DNA from: an uncultured Gammaproteobacteria bacterium
GTDB taxonomy: Bacteria; Pseudomonadota; Gammaproteobacteria; Steroidobacterales; Rariloculaceae
NCBI GenBank assembly: GCA_963810755.1
Contig: CAWEOP010000003.1
Coordinates: forward strand, 801,395-865,394
Direction of reading: 5' to 3'
Length of the DNA: 64,000 bases
Both the position numbers and the translations under genes were made by a program. Positions 1 through 8,846 of the stretch are shown here, one piece after another. The notes below the pieces were generated by a model. The model worked only from the letters and a program-made list of their open reading frames with translations. It was not told where the DNA came from and did no database searches. The stretch's first letter is position 1, and the number at the start of each line of letters is the position of its first letter.

Positions 1-406
1 CGTCGGGCCGACGAACGCGCGGTCGCCTTTGACGGGATGCGCGCCGCTCAAGAACACCGCGGCCGCGCGCACGTGATTCTCGGCGCCGCCCGTGTCCTCG
101 CCCGTCCACGGCGCGACGGGCTTGTGCGCGAGGCCGCTCACGATGCAGAGCTGCTCGCGGAACGGCTCGAGCGGCTGCCAGGGTCTCGGAGAATTCGAAC
201 TGGGTCCCTTCGCCGCGCGGCGTCCACTTGTCCATCGTCGCGCCGTGCGGAATGTAGATGCAGCCCAAGCGGCTCTTCGGCGCCGCGGCGGTCTGCGCGA
301 GCGCGGTGCGCGCCGGGATCATCGAGTCGAGCAGCGGCAGCGCGATCGCGGCTCCGGCTCCGCGGAGCAGCGTACGGCGCGACAGATGCTTCTTCGTGAT
401 GAACAT
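1..406 (-). pseudogene. DUF1552 domain protein, N-terminal part (gene runs off the window start); frame broken once
   Basis: ATG at 404-406 (minus) lies just after GAGG. MFITKKHLSRRTLLRGAGAAIALPLLDSMIPART is a Tat-type signal typical of DUF1552. After ...GEGTQFEFSETL the conserved continuation PLEPFREQLCIVSGLAHKPVAPWTGEDTGGAENHVRAAAVFLSG lies one frame over (surplus base near 172-185). The gene sits directly downstream of a DUF1592 gene, the usual pairing. Confidence 0.7.
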
Positions 407-414
407 GCCTCGCC

Positions 415-2734
415 TCAGCCTGCGTTCGCCTGCGTGCCTGCGGCAGGTTGCGCTTTCGCCTTCATTTGGAACGGGACGCTTTGCACGATTCCGAGCACCA
501 ACGCCGAGAGCTTGTAGTCGTCGTCCGCCGCGCGCCGCACGATCGCGCGCACCGCGGGCATGTCGTAGTACTCGACCTTCCTGCCGAGAGCGTAGGTCAT
601 GAGCTTCTCGGCGGCGGTCGCGACGAACAGCTCGCGCCGCTCGAGCAGCACGCGCCGCAAACCAGCCGCGCCGTCGAGCGCGGTGCCGTCGATGAACTCG
701 CCGTGCGGGTCCACGGGCGCCGCGCCATCAGCATCTCGCCACTTCCCGATGAAGTCAAAATTCTCGAGCGCAAAACCGATCGGATCCATGAGCTTATGAC
801 ACGCCGAGCAGCCCGGGTCCGCCTGGTGCCGCTCGAGCCGCTCGCGCATCGTCCTCACCTCGGTCGCCGGTGCCGTTTGGTCGAGGTTGGTCTCGACGCC
901 CTCGGGGGGCGGCGGCACGGGCGAGCCCAAGATGTTCTCGAGCACCCACTGGCCGCGCTTCACGGGAGAGGTGCGGTTCGGCGCCGAGGTGACGGTGAGG
1001 ATGCTGCCGTGGCCGAGCAGCCCACGGCGCGCTCCGTCCGGCAGCTCGACGCGGCGGAAGCGGCTGCCGCGGACGTTCGGGATTCCATAGTGGCGCGCGA
1101 GCCGCTCGTCGACGAACGTGTAATCCGCGTCGATCAAGTCGACGATGCTCCGGTCCTCGCGCAGCACGCTCGCGAACAGCTGCTCGGTCTCCTCGCGGAA
1201 GCTCTTGCGCAAGTTGCCGTCGAACTCGTTGCTTGCGGGCACGACGGTGTCGAGCTGCCGGAGCAGCAGCCACTGCGACGCGAAGTTGCGCGTGAGCGCA
1301 GCGGCTTTCGGGTCCGCGAGCATCCGGCGAACTTCGCGCTCCAGCACGGCGGGCTTCGCGAGGTCGCCCGCTTCGGCGGCCGCGAGCAGCTCGTCGTCGG
1401 GGATGCTGCTCCAGAGGAAGAACGACAGCCGCGATGCCAGCTCGAAGTCGCCGAGCCGGTAGCTCGATCCGGGCGGCGACTCCGCGGGCTCCTTCTCGAA
1501 GCGGAAGATGAACTCGGGATCGACGAGCACGCGCGCGAGCGCGTGCTGGATGCCGCTGTCGAACGTGCCGAGCGCGCGGCCTTGCTCGTAGAACTTCATC
1601 AGGGTCGCGAGCGCCGCGTCGCCATCGGCGACGGGCCGCCGGTACGCGCGCCGCGCGAGCGCCTTCAGGATGGTCGCGGCGCACGCGGGCTCGTCGGCCG
1701 CACTCGCCGGAGCGCAGACGAAGATCTTGCGGCGGCTCGGTGTGTCGCCGGGCCCGGTCGCGTCGAGCGGCCCGACGATCGAGACGTTCGCGATGCCGAC
1801 GCTCGCGGCGTGCACCGCGAACAGATCGTCGACGCCTTGCGAGTCGCGCTTCTGCACGATCGCGACGCCGAGCTTCTGCGCGCCCGCGGGCACGTCGATC
1901 ACCGCGCTGCGCTGGCCGCGGCCGAGCAGGGCCTTGCGCTCGCCGTTCACGGTGACCTCGACGTCCTCGTCGCCGCCGACGGCCTCGAGCCCGAAGCCGC
2001 TGCCCGCGCGCCCGACGCGGATCTCGTACTTCGCGTCGAGCGGAAACACGTGCTCGATCGCGAGCCCGCCGCGCGTGCCGAGCGGCTGGCCTTCGATGTG
2101 GCCGGATTGGTTCAACGCTCGCGGCGCGCGGTACGCGGCGATCTCCGAGGTCACCGTCGGGTCGCCGATCGCGAGCCGGCTGATCTTCGCGGCCGCGCTC
2201 ACGTAGGCCTGCAGCAGCGCGGGCGACACGCTGAGCGCGTTCGCGATGTTGTCGAAGCCGCCGCTCGAGTCGTCGCCGGGCAGCAGCGCCGCACCGTTGA
2301 TCGGCAAGTCGATGAGATCGCGGACCGCGTTCGCATATTCCGCGCGATTCAAGCGGTGCAGCGCGGGCGCGCCGGGGTTCGGTTCGTCGGCCGCGGCCGC
2401 GTCGAGCGACGACTCGAGCCAGCCGCGCGAACGACTCGAGCCGCGCGGCGTCGGGCCGCGGCTCGCCCGGCGGCGGCATCAGGTGCCCGCGCACCTTGCG
2501 GATCGCGGTCTCCCAAACCTTCGCGTCGGCGTGCAGATCTTGGGGCCGCATGCGGTCGAACCCGAGGTCGCCCGCGAGCTCGACGTCGTTGTGGCACGTG
2601 ACGCAGTAACGGTCGAGCAACGCCCACTGCTGCGCGGGTGTGGGCTCGCGGTGCGCGAGGAACCACGCGCCCGCGGCGCCGACCGCGGCCACGGCCGCGA
2701 CGCCCGCTGCGACGCTGCGTGCAGTGAGGGTCAC
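415..2734 (-). pseudogene. DUF1592/DUF1595/DUF1588/DUF1587/DUF1585 family protein with N-terminal haem-c type CxxCH motif; frame broken once
   Basis: The N-terminal piece (frame of ORF 794..2734) has a membrane anchor, CVTCHND and ...VRGHLMPPPGEPRPDAARLESF. The continuation WLESSLDAAAAADEPNPGAPALHRLNRAEYANAVRDLIDL... is ORF 415..2352, one frame over. The join is near 2418-2435. The 645-aa C-terminal part is a long intact ORF with the typical motifs of this family. Confidence 0.8.
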
Positions 2735-2845
2735 GGCTTCGGCGTGTCGCGCCGGCTCTTCATGCGCTCCGCGTGCACTCGGCGCCGCACGAGCTCGCGC
2801 CGCTCCGCGCTCGAGCGCGGTTTGGCCGGATGCTCGGAAGACCGA

Positions 2846-4432
2846 CTAACGCGCGGCACTCTGCTCTTCTCCCATGAGCTCGTTCAGCAGCGCGATCGTC
2901 GCGGGCTTGCGCTCCGCGCCGACGGCCGCGAGGAATACGCCCTCGGCCCAGCGCACGGCGCCGCGCCCTTCCTTGTCGACCACGTAGAGGTCCGCGCCGT
3001 GCTCGGCGAGCTTGGCGATGATCTCGTTCGAGCCGCGGTTCGCGGCGCCGAGCAGCGCCGTGAGGCCCATCGAGTTCGTCGCGTTGACGTCGGCGCCGTG
3101 CTCGAAGCAGAGGTCGATTGCCTCGAGCAGCGCCTCCTTCGAGACGGTGTAGGTCTGCGCGACCACCCAGTTCACGCCGGCCGCGGCCATCAGCGGCGTC
3201 GTGCCGGCCGGTGTCGCGAGGTTCGGATCGGCGCCGTGCTCGAGCAGCAGGCGCATCGCGGGCACGTCGCCCGCGAGCGCCGCGCGCAGGAACGGCGTCT
3301 GCCCCGTGAAGTCGACCCACGACACGTCGCCGAGCGAGTAGAGCCAGCGGCGGCTCGGCGGCACCTCGCGCGTCCGCGCGTTCACGTTCGCGCCGTGATC
3401 GATCAACAGCGCCATCATCGCGAGCAGCGGCTCGCGGTCGACGTAGTTCGTGGTCGGGCTGTCTTCGTCGCGGTTGTTCATGTCGAGGTTGCGGTAGTCG
3501 ACCGCTGCGAATAGCGGTGCTCGTCCCCAGAAGTCGTCGGCGTTCGGATCCGCGCCGTGCTCGAGCAATAGACGCGCGACCTCGACCTTATCGTTCAGAA
3601 GAGCCATCAGCAGCGGCCGCATGCCGTTCGCTTCGGCGCGCTCGATGTTCGCGCCCGCGGCGACGAGCAGCCGCGCTTCTTCGATCCGCCCGTCGCGCGC
3701 GGCGTAGAGCAGCGGCGTCATCCCGCCGAGCGCCGCGCTGCGCCGGCCGCGATCCGGCAAGCCGCCGCGGTTGATGCCGACGCCTTCCGAGCCGCAGCCC
3801 GTGCCCTTGCACGGCGGCACGAACTTCGGCGTCGGGCCGATACGCGTCTGCGCGTTCACGTCCGCGCCGCGCTCGATCAGGAGCTGCACGGCGTCCGGAT
3901 GGTTCTCGCGCACGGCGAGCATGAGCGCGGTCTGCTGGTACTCGGGCTCGCGCGCATCGACCGTCGCGCCGCGATCGAGCAGCAGTGCGATCGCGTCGAG
4001 CTTGCCGGTGCGCGTCGCGGTCATGAGCGCCGTCTCGCCGGTCGGGGCGGGGGAATCGACGCCGACGCCGGCATCGAGCAGCTTCGCAAGGAGCGCCGTG
4101 TCGCCATTCTCGGCCGCGAGGAATAGAGGCGTGATGCCGTAGCGGTCGGCGGCGGCCGCGTCGGCGCCGGACTCGAGCAGCAGCGTGGCCGTGTCGACAC
4201 TGTCGGCGCGCACGGCCCAGTGGAGCGGGGTGGTGTCGTCGATGGCGCGTGCGTTGACGTCGGCGCCTTCGTCGAGCCAGCGGCTCGCGGCGATGCGGTC
4301 GCCACGTTTCGCGGCTTCGATCAGGGCGGAATCGTTCGGGGCCGCGTACGAGGCAACCGGCCCGAGCAGTGCGGCGGCCGGCGCGGCGATCGCCAGCCAC
4401 TTCGCGAGTCCTGTCGTGCGCGCCCTTGCCAT
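2846..4432 (-). CDS. secreted ankyrin-repeat protein
   Basis: ORF 2846..4651. The start is moved to ATG 4432, which gives the signal peptide MARARTTGLAKWLAIAAPAAALLGPVASYAAP. The protein has many ankyrin repeats (TPLHWAV, GADVNA, TALMxA, LLLxxGA patterns). Confidence 0.85.
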   Translation of the reverse strand: MARARTTGLAKWLAIAAPAAALLGPVASYAAPNDSALIEAAKRGDRIAASRWLDEGADVNARAIDDTTPLHWAVRADSVDTATLLLESGADAAAADRYGITPLFLAAENGDTALLAKLLDAGVGVDSPAPTGETALMTATRTGKLDAIALLLDRGATVDAREPEYQQTALMLAVRENHPDAVQLLIERGADVNAQTRIGPTPKFVPPCKGTGCGSEGVGINRGGLPDRGRRSAALGGMTPLLYAARDGRIEEARLLVAAGANIERAEANGMRPLLMALLNDKVEVARLLLEHGADPNADDFWGRAPLFAAVDYRNLDMNNRDEDSPTTNYVDREPLLAMMALLIDHGANVNARTREVPPSRRWLYSLGDVSWVDFTGQTPFLRAALAGDVPAMRLLLEHGADPNLATPAGTTPLMAAAGVNWVVAQTYTVSKEALLEAIDLCFEHGADVNATNSMGLTALLGAANRGSNEIIAKLAEHGADLYVVDKEGRGAVRWAEGVFLAAVGAERKPATIALLNELMGEEQSAAR

Positions 4433-4843
4433 TGGTTGGATGCTCCCCGAGCCGCTCGCCGCGGCCGTTCGGGGCTTCGCTGACGAACTTGAAAGTTTAC
4501 ACCTGCCTCGACGAGACCGGCGAAGGCGGCGGTGGGCCCCAGGGTGCCGAAGCGCCGCTCGCGTAGAGTCGCGAGGTCGCCCGCCGCCGCTCGGGCGACG
4601 CGCACGAACCCCGCGTCGTGCGCCGGGCCGGGTAGGTTTACTGACACTCAAACCAGCTGGATGCCGCGTCCCGTCTGGCAGGCAGGCTAGCGCGGCGAGG
4701 CTACAGAAATTTTAAGATTAGCCGCCGCGCGCGGCGCTGTTATGGTGGCCGCGCGGCGCGTTTCGGCGCGCGGCGAAGCGATCGCGGCACCCGCGGTGTG
4801 CCTCGCTCGTATCGTGGACATGAACAGGGGGGAACGACTCGCA

Positions 4844-6028
4844 ATGCGGACCTATAAGACTGCCTTACTCGCGATGCTCGCTGTTGGCGGGCTCGCATCC
4901 GCCGCCCATGCGCAAAATCCCGCGACGGCGACGACGAATCCGGATCCCGCCACGATCGCTCCGCCGGCCGGCGTCACCGCGCTGCCCGTGGACTTGTTCA
5001 CGACGAAGAACTTCTACTTCGACGGCAAGTACTGGGCCGACAAGCGCTACACGCGCTGCAACACCCCGAACGAGCTCTGGGGCATGTGGTCGTCGATCGA
5101 CCGCGGCCGCCAACACCGCGGCGTCGGCACCTGGGGCGACTGCAATCGCGGCATGACCGTCGAGCAGATCTCGACGCCATACGCCTACAAGACCGCGGCC
5201 GAGCACTACGAAGCGCTGATGGCGCAAGCGAAGGCGCACGGCGGTCCGACGCAGAAGACGCACGCGAATCTGCCGAACTGGGACGGCTGGTATCGCCGCG
5301 ACCGAGAGAACCAATGGATCTTCGGCGACTCGGTGCTCGCGGGCACGGTGTCATCGGTGCTCACGCCGGAGTACCAAAAGCGCATGGCGCAGCTCAACTA
5401 CTACGAGGCGGTGGTCAATGCGCCGCAGTGGATGGCGTCGTTCTGCTATCCCGAGGGGCTGATTCGCTGGTGGAGCGCGCCCGCGATCCGCGACATCGAG
5501 CTGCTCGTGACGCCGGAAGAAGTGCAGTTCATGGGCAGCAACTCGGGCAACTTCGTCCGCAAGATCCTGATCGGCCAGAAGCACTTCGAGAAGGTGCCGC
5601 AGTGGCTCGGCGAGAGCGTCGGCTTCTGGGACGGCGACACGCTCGTGATCTGGACCGCGAGCGTGCAGGGCTGGACGATCACGCACTCGATGTTCGAATA
5701 CAGCAGCCAGATGGAAGTCGTCGAGGTGATGAAGGCGCAGCCCGACGGCAAGGGCGTCGTCGTCGAGGCCACGTTCTACGATCCCGAGGCGTTCACGCGG
5801 CCGCTCCACACCGAAACGAAGTGGAACGCGGTCGCGAAGATCTCCGATCCGAAGCGGCGTTACACGTACACGGAATGCCGCACGCAGAGCTCGATCGTGC
5901 TCGGTCCCGATGGCCGGCCGACGCAGCTCACGCCGGTCGACGAGGGTTACGTCGACTACTTCGGGCGGCCGTGGGCGCAGAACTGGGAGAAGTACTTCGA
6001 GCAGGGCTGGGAGCACCCGGCCGAGTAA
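4844..6028 (+). CDS. secreted protein of unknown family (copy A)
   Basis: ORF 4742..6028. The start is set to ATG 4844, with GGGGGGA 11 nt upstream and signal peptide [24 protein letters not shown] recognise no family. By eye it is clearly homologous along its full length to the product of 10544..11677 (shared [10 protein letters not shown], TAAEHYxALMAQAK, GGPTQKT, NAPQWMAxFCYPEGL, [44 protein letters not shown]). Confidence 0.75.
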   Translation: MRTYKTALLAMLAVGGLASAAHAQNPATATTNPDPATIAPPAGVTALPVDLFTTKNFYFDGKYWADKRYTRCNTPNELWGMWSSIDRGRQHRGVGTWGDCNRGMTVEQISTPYAYKTAAEHYEALMAQAKAHGGPTQKTHANLPNWDGWYRRDRENQWIFGDSVLAGTVSSVLTPEYQKRMAQLNYYEAVVNAPQWMASFCYPEGLIRWWSAPAIRDIELLVTPEEVQFMGSNSGNFVRKILIGQKHFEKVPQWLGESVGFWDGDTLVIWTASVQGWTITHSMFEYSSQMEVVEVMKAQPDGKGVVVEATFYDPEAFTRPLHTETKWNAVAKISDPKRRYTYTECRTQSSIVLGPDGRPTQLTPVDEGYVDYFGRPWAQNWEKYFEQGWEHPAE

Positions 6029-6097
6029 GAGCGCTGCGGGTCGTTCGTTTGCGGTCGCGCCGAAGAAGGACGTTGGAGCCGACCGGCTACTAGCGTC

Positions 6098-7693
6098 TCA
6101 GCTTGGCGCCCCGGAGGCCGTCGCCGCCGTCGTTGCCTTCGCCGCGACTTCTTCGCGAAACTGCATGCCTTCGATCGCCATGCTGTAGTCCATCCGCTCG
6201 CCGAGCCATTGGCAGCGGCTCGTGCCCGCGTCGATCTTCAGCTCCGGGTCGGGATTGAGGCGCTGCATATGGAAGCGGAGCGCTTCCTCGAACGCCTCGA
6301 GCCCCGCATCGCCCAGCGGCGGCGCGCTCGCGACGATTCCGCGGAATCGTTCGGCATCCACGAGCCCCGCCCCGTCGGTCCGCGCGCCTGACGCGACGAT
6401 TCCGCGGAATCGTTCCGCGCTGTCGATCGTCCCGTCGCTCGCCGGCCGCGGTCCGCTCTCCGGGATGCGGCTGCCGTCCGGCCGCGTGAACACGAACACC
6501 CCGTCGTCCGTCGCCGTGACTCCGAAACCGCCCTCGTGCACGAGCGTGTGATGGAAGGAGCAAAGCGTCACGAGGTTGCCGAGCTTCGTCTCGCCGCCGT
6601 TGGCCCAATGCTTCACGTGGTGGCCATCGCAGAAGCGCGTGCGGTCACAGCCGGGGAAGCGGCAGCCGCGGTCCCGAGCGCGCAGTGCCCGCATGATCGC
6701 CGGTGGAATCGCGCGCGTCTTGCGGCCGATGTTGAGCGGCTCGCCGTCGCGGCCCTCGAGGATGCCGACGAGCGTGCCGTCGCAGCAGAGCCGGCGCACC
6801 GTCGCGAGCGCGAGCGCGGGACCTGCGTCGAGCTCCGAGCGGTGCGGCTCGCTCTCGGCCGCGGCGGCAGGCGCCGCGAGCACCTCTTGGTCGACGTGCA
6901 CGATGACCTGGAAGCGGTCGCCGCTCGACGTCGATTCCACTTCCTCGGAGCGAGCCGCGAGAAACGCCTCGGCGACTAGACGCAGCGCGTCGGCCCGGTT
7001 CTCGGCGCGCGGATTACTGAGTGCCGAGTACCGCCACTCGTTCACGGATACGTGCGGACGCAGCTCGTCGCGATTCTCGCGCAGCTCGTTGTTCGACTCG
7101 CGAACCACGTCACCTGCCGACTCGAGCGCCTTGACGACGATCGCGCCGACCTCAGGCGGCAAGCGCGCGCTCAAAACGAACGTGCCGTTGTCGTCGTAGA
7201 AGTAGTGCACGCAACGATTCAGGTGCTGCGACTGCGCGTTCTTCTCGGCGTCGCGCCGTTGCGTCCAAGCGTATTTGCGCACGAGCTTCTCGACATGCGA
7301 CGCGGTGCCGTGGCGAGCCGTGCTGGCGAGCACCGACTCGTTCGCAGGTGTCGCGACGCGCACGATCGCACGCACCTTCGAATACGAGAACTCGCCGCGC
7401 GCGAAGCCGGCGCTGACTTCGGGCAGGTGCTCGAGCGCGCGCGCGACACGGACCTTCACGCGCGCCGCGGTCATGCCGATGCCGCATTGCCAGTTGAGCC
7501 AATGCGCCGTGCTCGGGAGGCCGTGTCGCACGTACGCTTCGCTGCGATCGAACTCGGCGACGAGCGTGAGGAAACGGTAAGTCGCGGCAGTCACGTGGCC
7601 CCAGAGCTCGGTGATCTGCGCTTCGAGGCGCTCGAGCGCCGCAGTGCTTGGACGCTCGCGTGAAGGCGCCGCCGGGGCAGGTTTGGAGTCCAT
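6098..7693 (-). CDS. HNH endonuclease with DUF222-type N-terminal domain
   Basis: ORF 6098..7732. The likely start is ATG 7693 (GAGGG 8 nt upstream). CRFPGCDRTRFCDGHHVKHWANGGETKLGNLVTLCSFHHTLVHEGGF is an HNH motif. The N-terminal LERLEAQITELWGHVTAATYRFLTLVAEFDR... resembles DUF222 (13E12-repeat-family type) proteins. Confidence 0.85.
   Translation of the reverse strand: MDSKPAPAAPSRERPSTAALERLEAQITELWGHVTAATYRFLTLVAEFDRSEAYVRHGLPSTAHWLNWQCGIGMTAARVKVRVARALEHLPEVSAGFARGEFSYSKVRAIVRVATPANESVLASTARHGTASHVEKLVRKYAWTQRRDAEKNAQSQHLNRCVHYFYDDNGTFVLSARLPPEVGAIVVKALESAGDVVRESNNELRENRDELRPHVSVNEWRYSALSNPRAENRADALRLVAEAFLAARSEEVESTSSGDRFQVIVHVDQEVLAAPAAAAESEPHRSELDAGPALALATVRRLCCDGTLVGILEGRDGEPLNIGRKTRAIPPAIMRALRARDRGCRFPGCDRTRFCDGHHVKHWANGGETKLGNLVTLCSFHHTLVHEGGFGVTATDDGVFVFTRPDGSRIPESGPRPASDGTIDSAERFRGIVASGARTDGAGLVDAERFRGIVASAPPLGDAGLEAFEEALRFHMQRLNPDPELKIDAGTSRCQWLGERMDYSMAIEGMQFREEVAAKATTAATASGAPS
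6330..6415. repeat. two perfect 23-bp direct repeats (6330-6352 and 6393-6415), each containing the 14-bp palindrome GATTCCGCGGAATC, inside the HNH gene
   Basis: GCGACGATTCCGCGGAATCGTTC occurs twice, 63 bp apart (21 codons). It encodes the duplicated peptide ERFRGIVAS. Confidence 0.9.
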
Positions 7694-7790
7694 TCTTCGC
7701 CCTCTGATAGCTGGTTGGATATCCAGTATCATAGCGAATTAATGTCGATCGATCAACGTGTTACATCACGGCGCAGCCCGGCAACGACGC

Positions 7791-8219
7791 TCAACGCCGC
7801 GCCAACACCAGCGCGCCGACCAGACACAAACTGAACCACGCGCCTTCCAGCGCGCTCGTCACGCTAGCGGCGAACGGCCCGAGCACGGCTGCGAGCGGAT
7901 CGAGATGCAGGCGCGCGTCGGGGAAGCTTTTGGCCAGCAGCGCGAGACTGCCGCCCAGCAGCTGTCCTCCCGTCGAGGCAATGAGCAGCCCGGCCAGTGC
8001 GCCGGTGGCTGCGGCCAGCAGCACATTGCGCTGAATACTCCCGTCTGCGGCGAAGCGTCGGGAGAGATCATCCGCAAGTCCCACCGCCGCACCCAGCAAC
8101 AGGCCTTCGAGCGCGCCGGTGATGTCGCCGGGCGCCTGGCCGAACAGCAGCAGGAACGCGTCGCTGCCGATCAGTTTGCCGAAAGCGCCCACGAGCAGAC
8201 CGCCCACTGCGCCGCCCAT
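7791..8219 (-). CDS. Gly/Ala/Leu-rich small membrane protein, unknown family
   Basis: A 142-aa ORF with several hydrophobic GxxxG-rich segments (GGLLVGAFGKLIG, GLLLGAAVGLA, LLAAATGALAGLLIA, AWFSLCLVGALVLA). I recognise no family, and it could be a fragment. Confidence 0.4.
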   Translation of the reverse strand: MGGAVGGLLVGAFGKLIGSDAFLLLFGQAPGDITGALEGLLLGAAVGLADDLSRRFAADGSIQRNVLLAAATGALAGLLIASTGGQLLGGSLALLAKSFPDARLHLDPLAAVLGPFAASVTSALEGAWFSLCLVGALVLARR

Positions 8220-8314
8220 GAGACGGCCATTCAGCCCTTCCTCAGGGTTTGCTCATGTCATTCAGCGCGAGCGGCGCTAGCCTGAGCCGTCCCATTATCA
8301 CTGGAGGACAACGC

Positions 8315-8827
8315 GTGACAACCGCGCAAGACAAGCCCAGACGATGGAGCAGCTGGACCATTGAAATTAAGGTATGGAAGATCCTCGCCGCGCTGGTCAT
8401 CCTGCCGATCCTGGTGCTGTGGTTCAGGGTCGTGCACCAGAACGACGAGATCCTGGCCCTGATCCGCAACGAGGTGGTGACGGACGCCGCGGGCCAGCGC
8501 ACCTGGGCCGGTAGCTTCGTCAATACCAACGACAGAACCCTGCGCGACGTGGCCGTGACAGTGGACTTCCTCGACAGCCGGGACCGCACCGTGGGGAAGG
8601 CCGAAGCGGAAGCCGCTGAACTGCCGTTCAGCAGGCGACTGGACCTGCAAGCGCCGCTACCGACCGACGCCGTGAGGCTCCGTATCTATTCGGTACAGTG
8701 GCGCATGGACCGGACCGCGGCCGACAGATGGCTGCGGAGGGCGTCGGAATCGGCGCTGATGGGCCCTTTCCGCGAACCCTGGGAGTTTGGTTACCTGATG
8801 GTCGACCCTGCCAAGATCGAACGCTAA
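8315..8827 (+). CDS. membrane-anchored hypothetical protein (weakly FxLYD-domain-like)
   Basis: ORF 8249..8827. The start is set to GTG 8315, with GGAGGA 6-7 nt upstream. It has one TM helix (WKILAALVILPILVLWF) followed by a beta-rich domain (WAGSFVNTNDRTLRDVAVTVDFLDSRDRTVG...). G+C and codon choice look slightly different from the neighbours. Confidence 0.5.
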   Translation: MTTAQDKPRRWSSWTIEIKVWKILAALVILPILVLWFRVVHQNDEILALIRNEVVTDAAGQRTWAGSFVNTNDRTLRDVAVTVDFLDSRDRTVGKAEAEAAELPFSRRLDLQAPLPTDAVRLRIYSVQWRMDRTAADRWLRRASESALMGPFREPWEFGYLMVDPAKIER

Positions 8828-8846
8828 CCCGGAGGATGAGTCGTCG

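Noticed and set aside
448-2601. Very long ORFs antisense to or overlapping real genes. Examples: 448..2601 (+), 13100..14560 (+), 19105..20766 outside the kdpE part, 25616..27079 (+), 36619..37917 (-), 39316..41190 (-), 53261..54877 (+), 55968..57587 (-), 57588..58751 (-).
   Set aside because: Their translations are Arg/Ala/Gly/Pro-rich low-complexity strings with no family resemblance. This is typical of shadow frames in 67-68% G+C DNA, and each is fully explained by a recognisable gene on the other strand or frame.
4433-4843. A 410-bp divergent intergenic region with the GC palindrome GCCGCGCGCGGC and two GTTTAC-containing segments, as possible operators.
   Set aside because: GC-rich palindromes of this size are expected by chance at this composition. 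The two GTTTAC segments do not form a convincing repeat. No regulator gene is adjacent.
6098-7693. Calling the HNH/DUF222 gene a mobile element.
   Set aside because: No inverted repeats, target duplication, intein/intron context or recombinase were found. It is therefore annotated only as a CDS.
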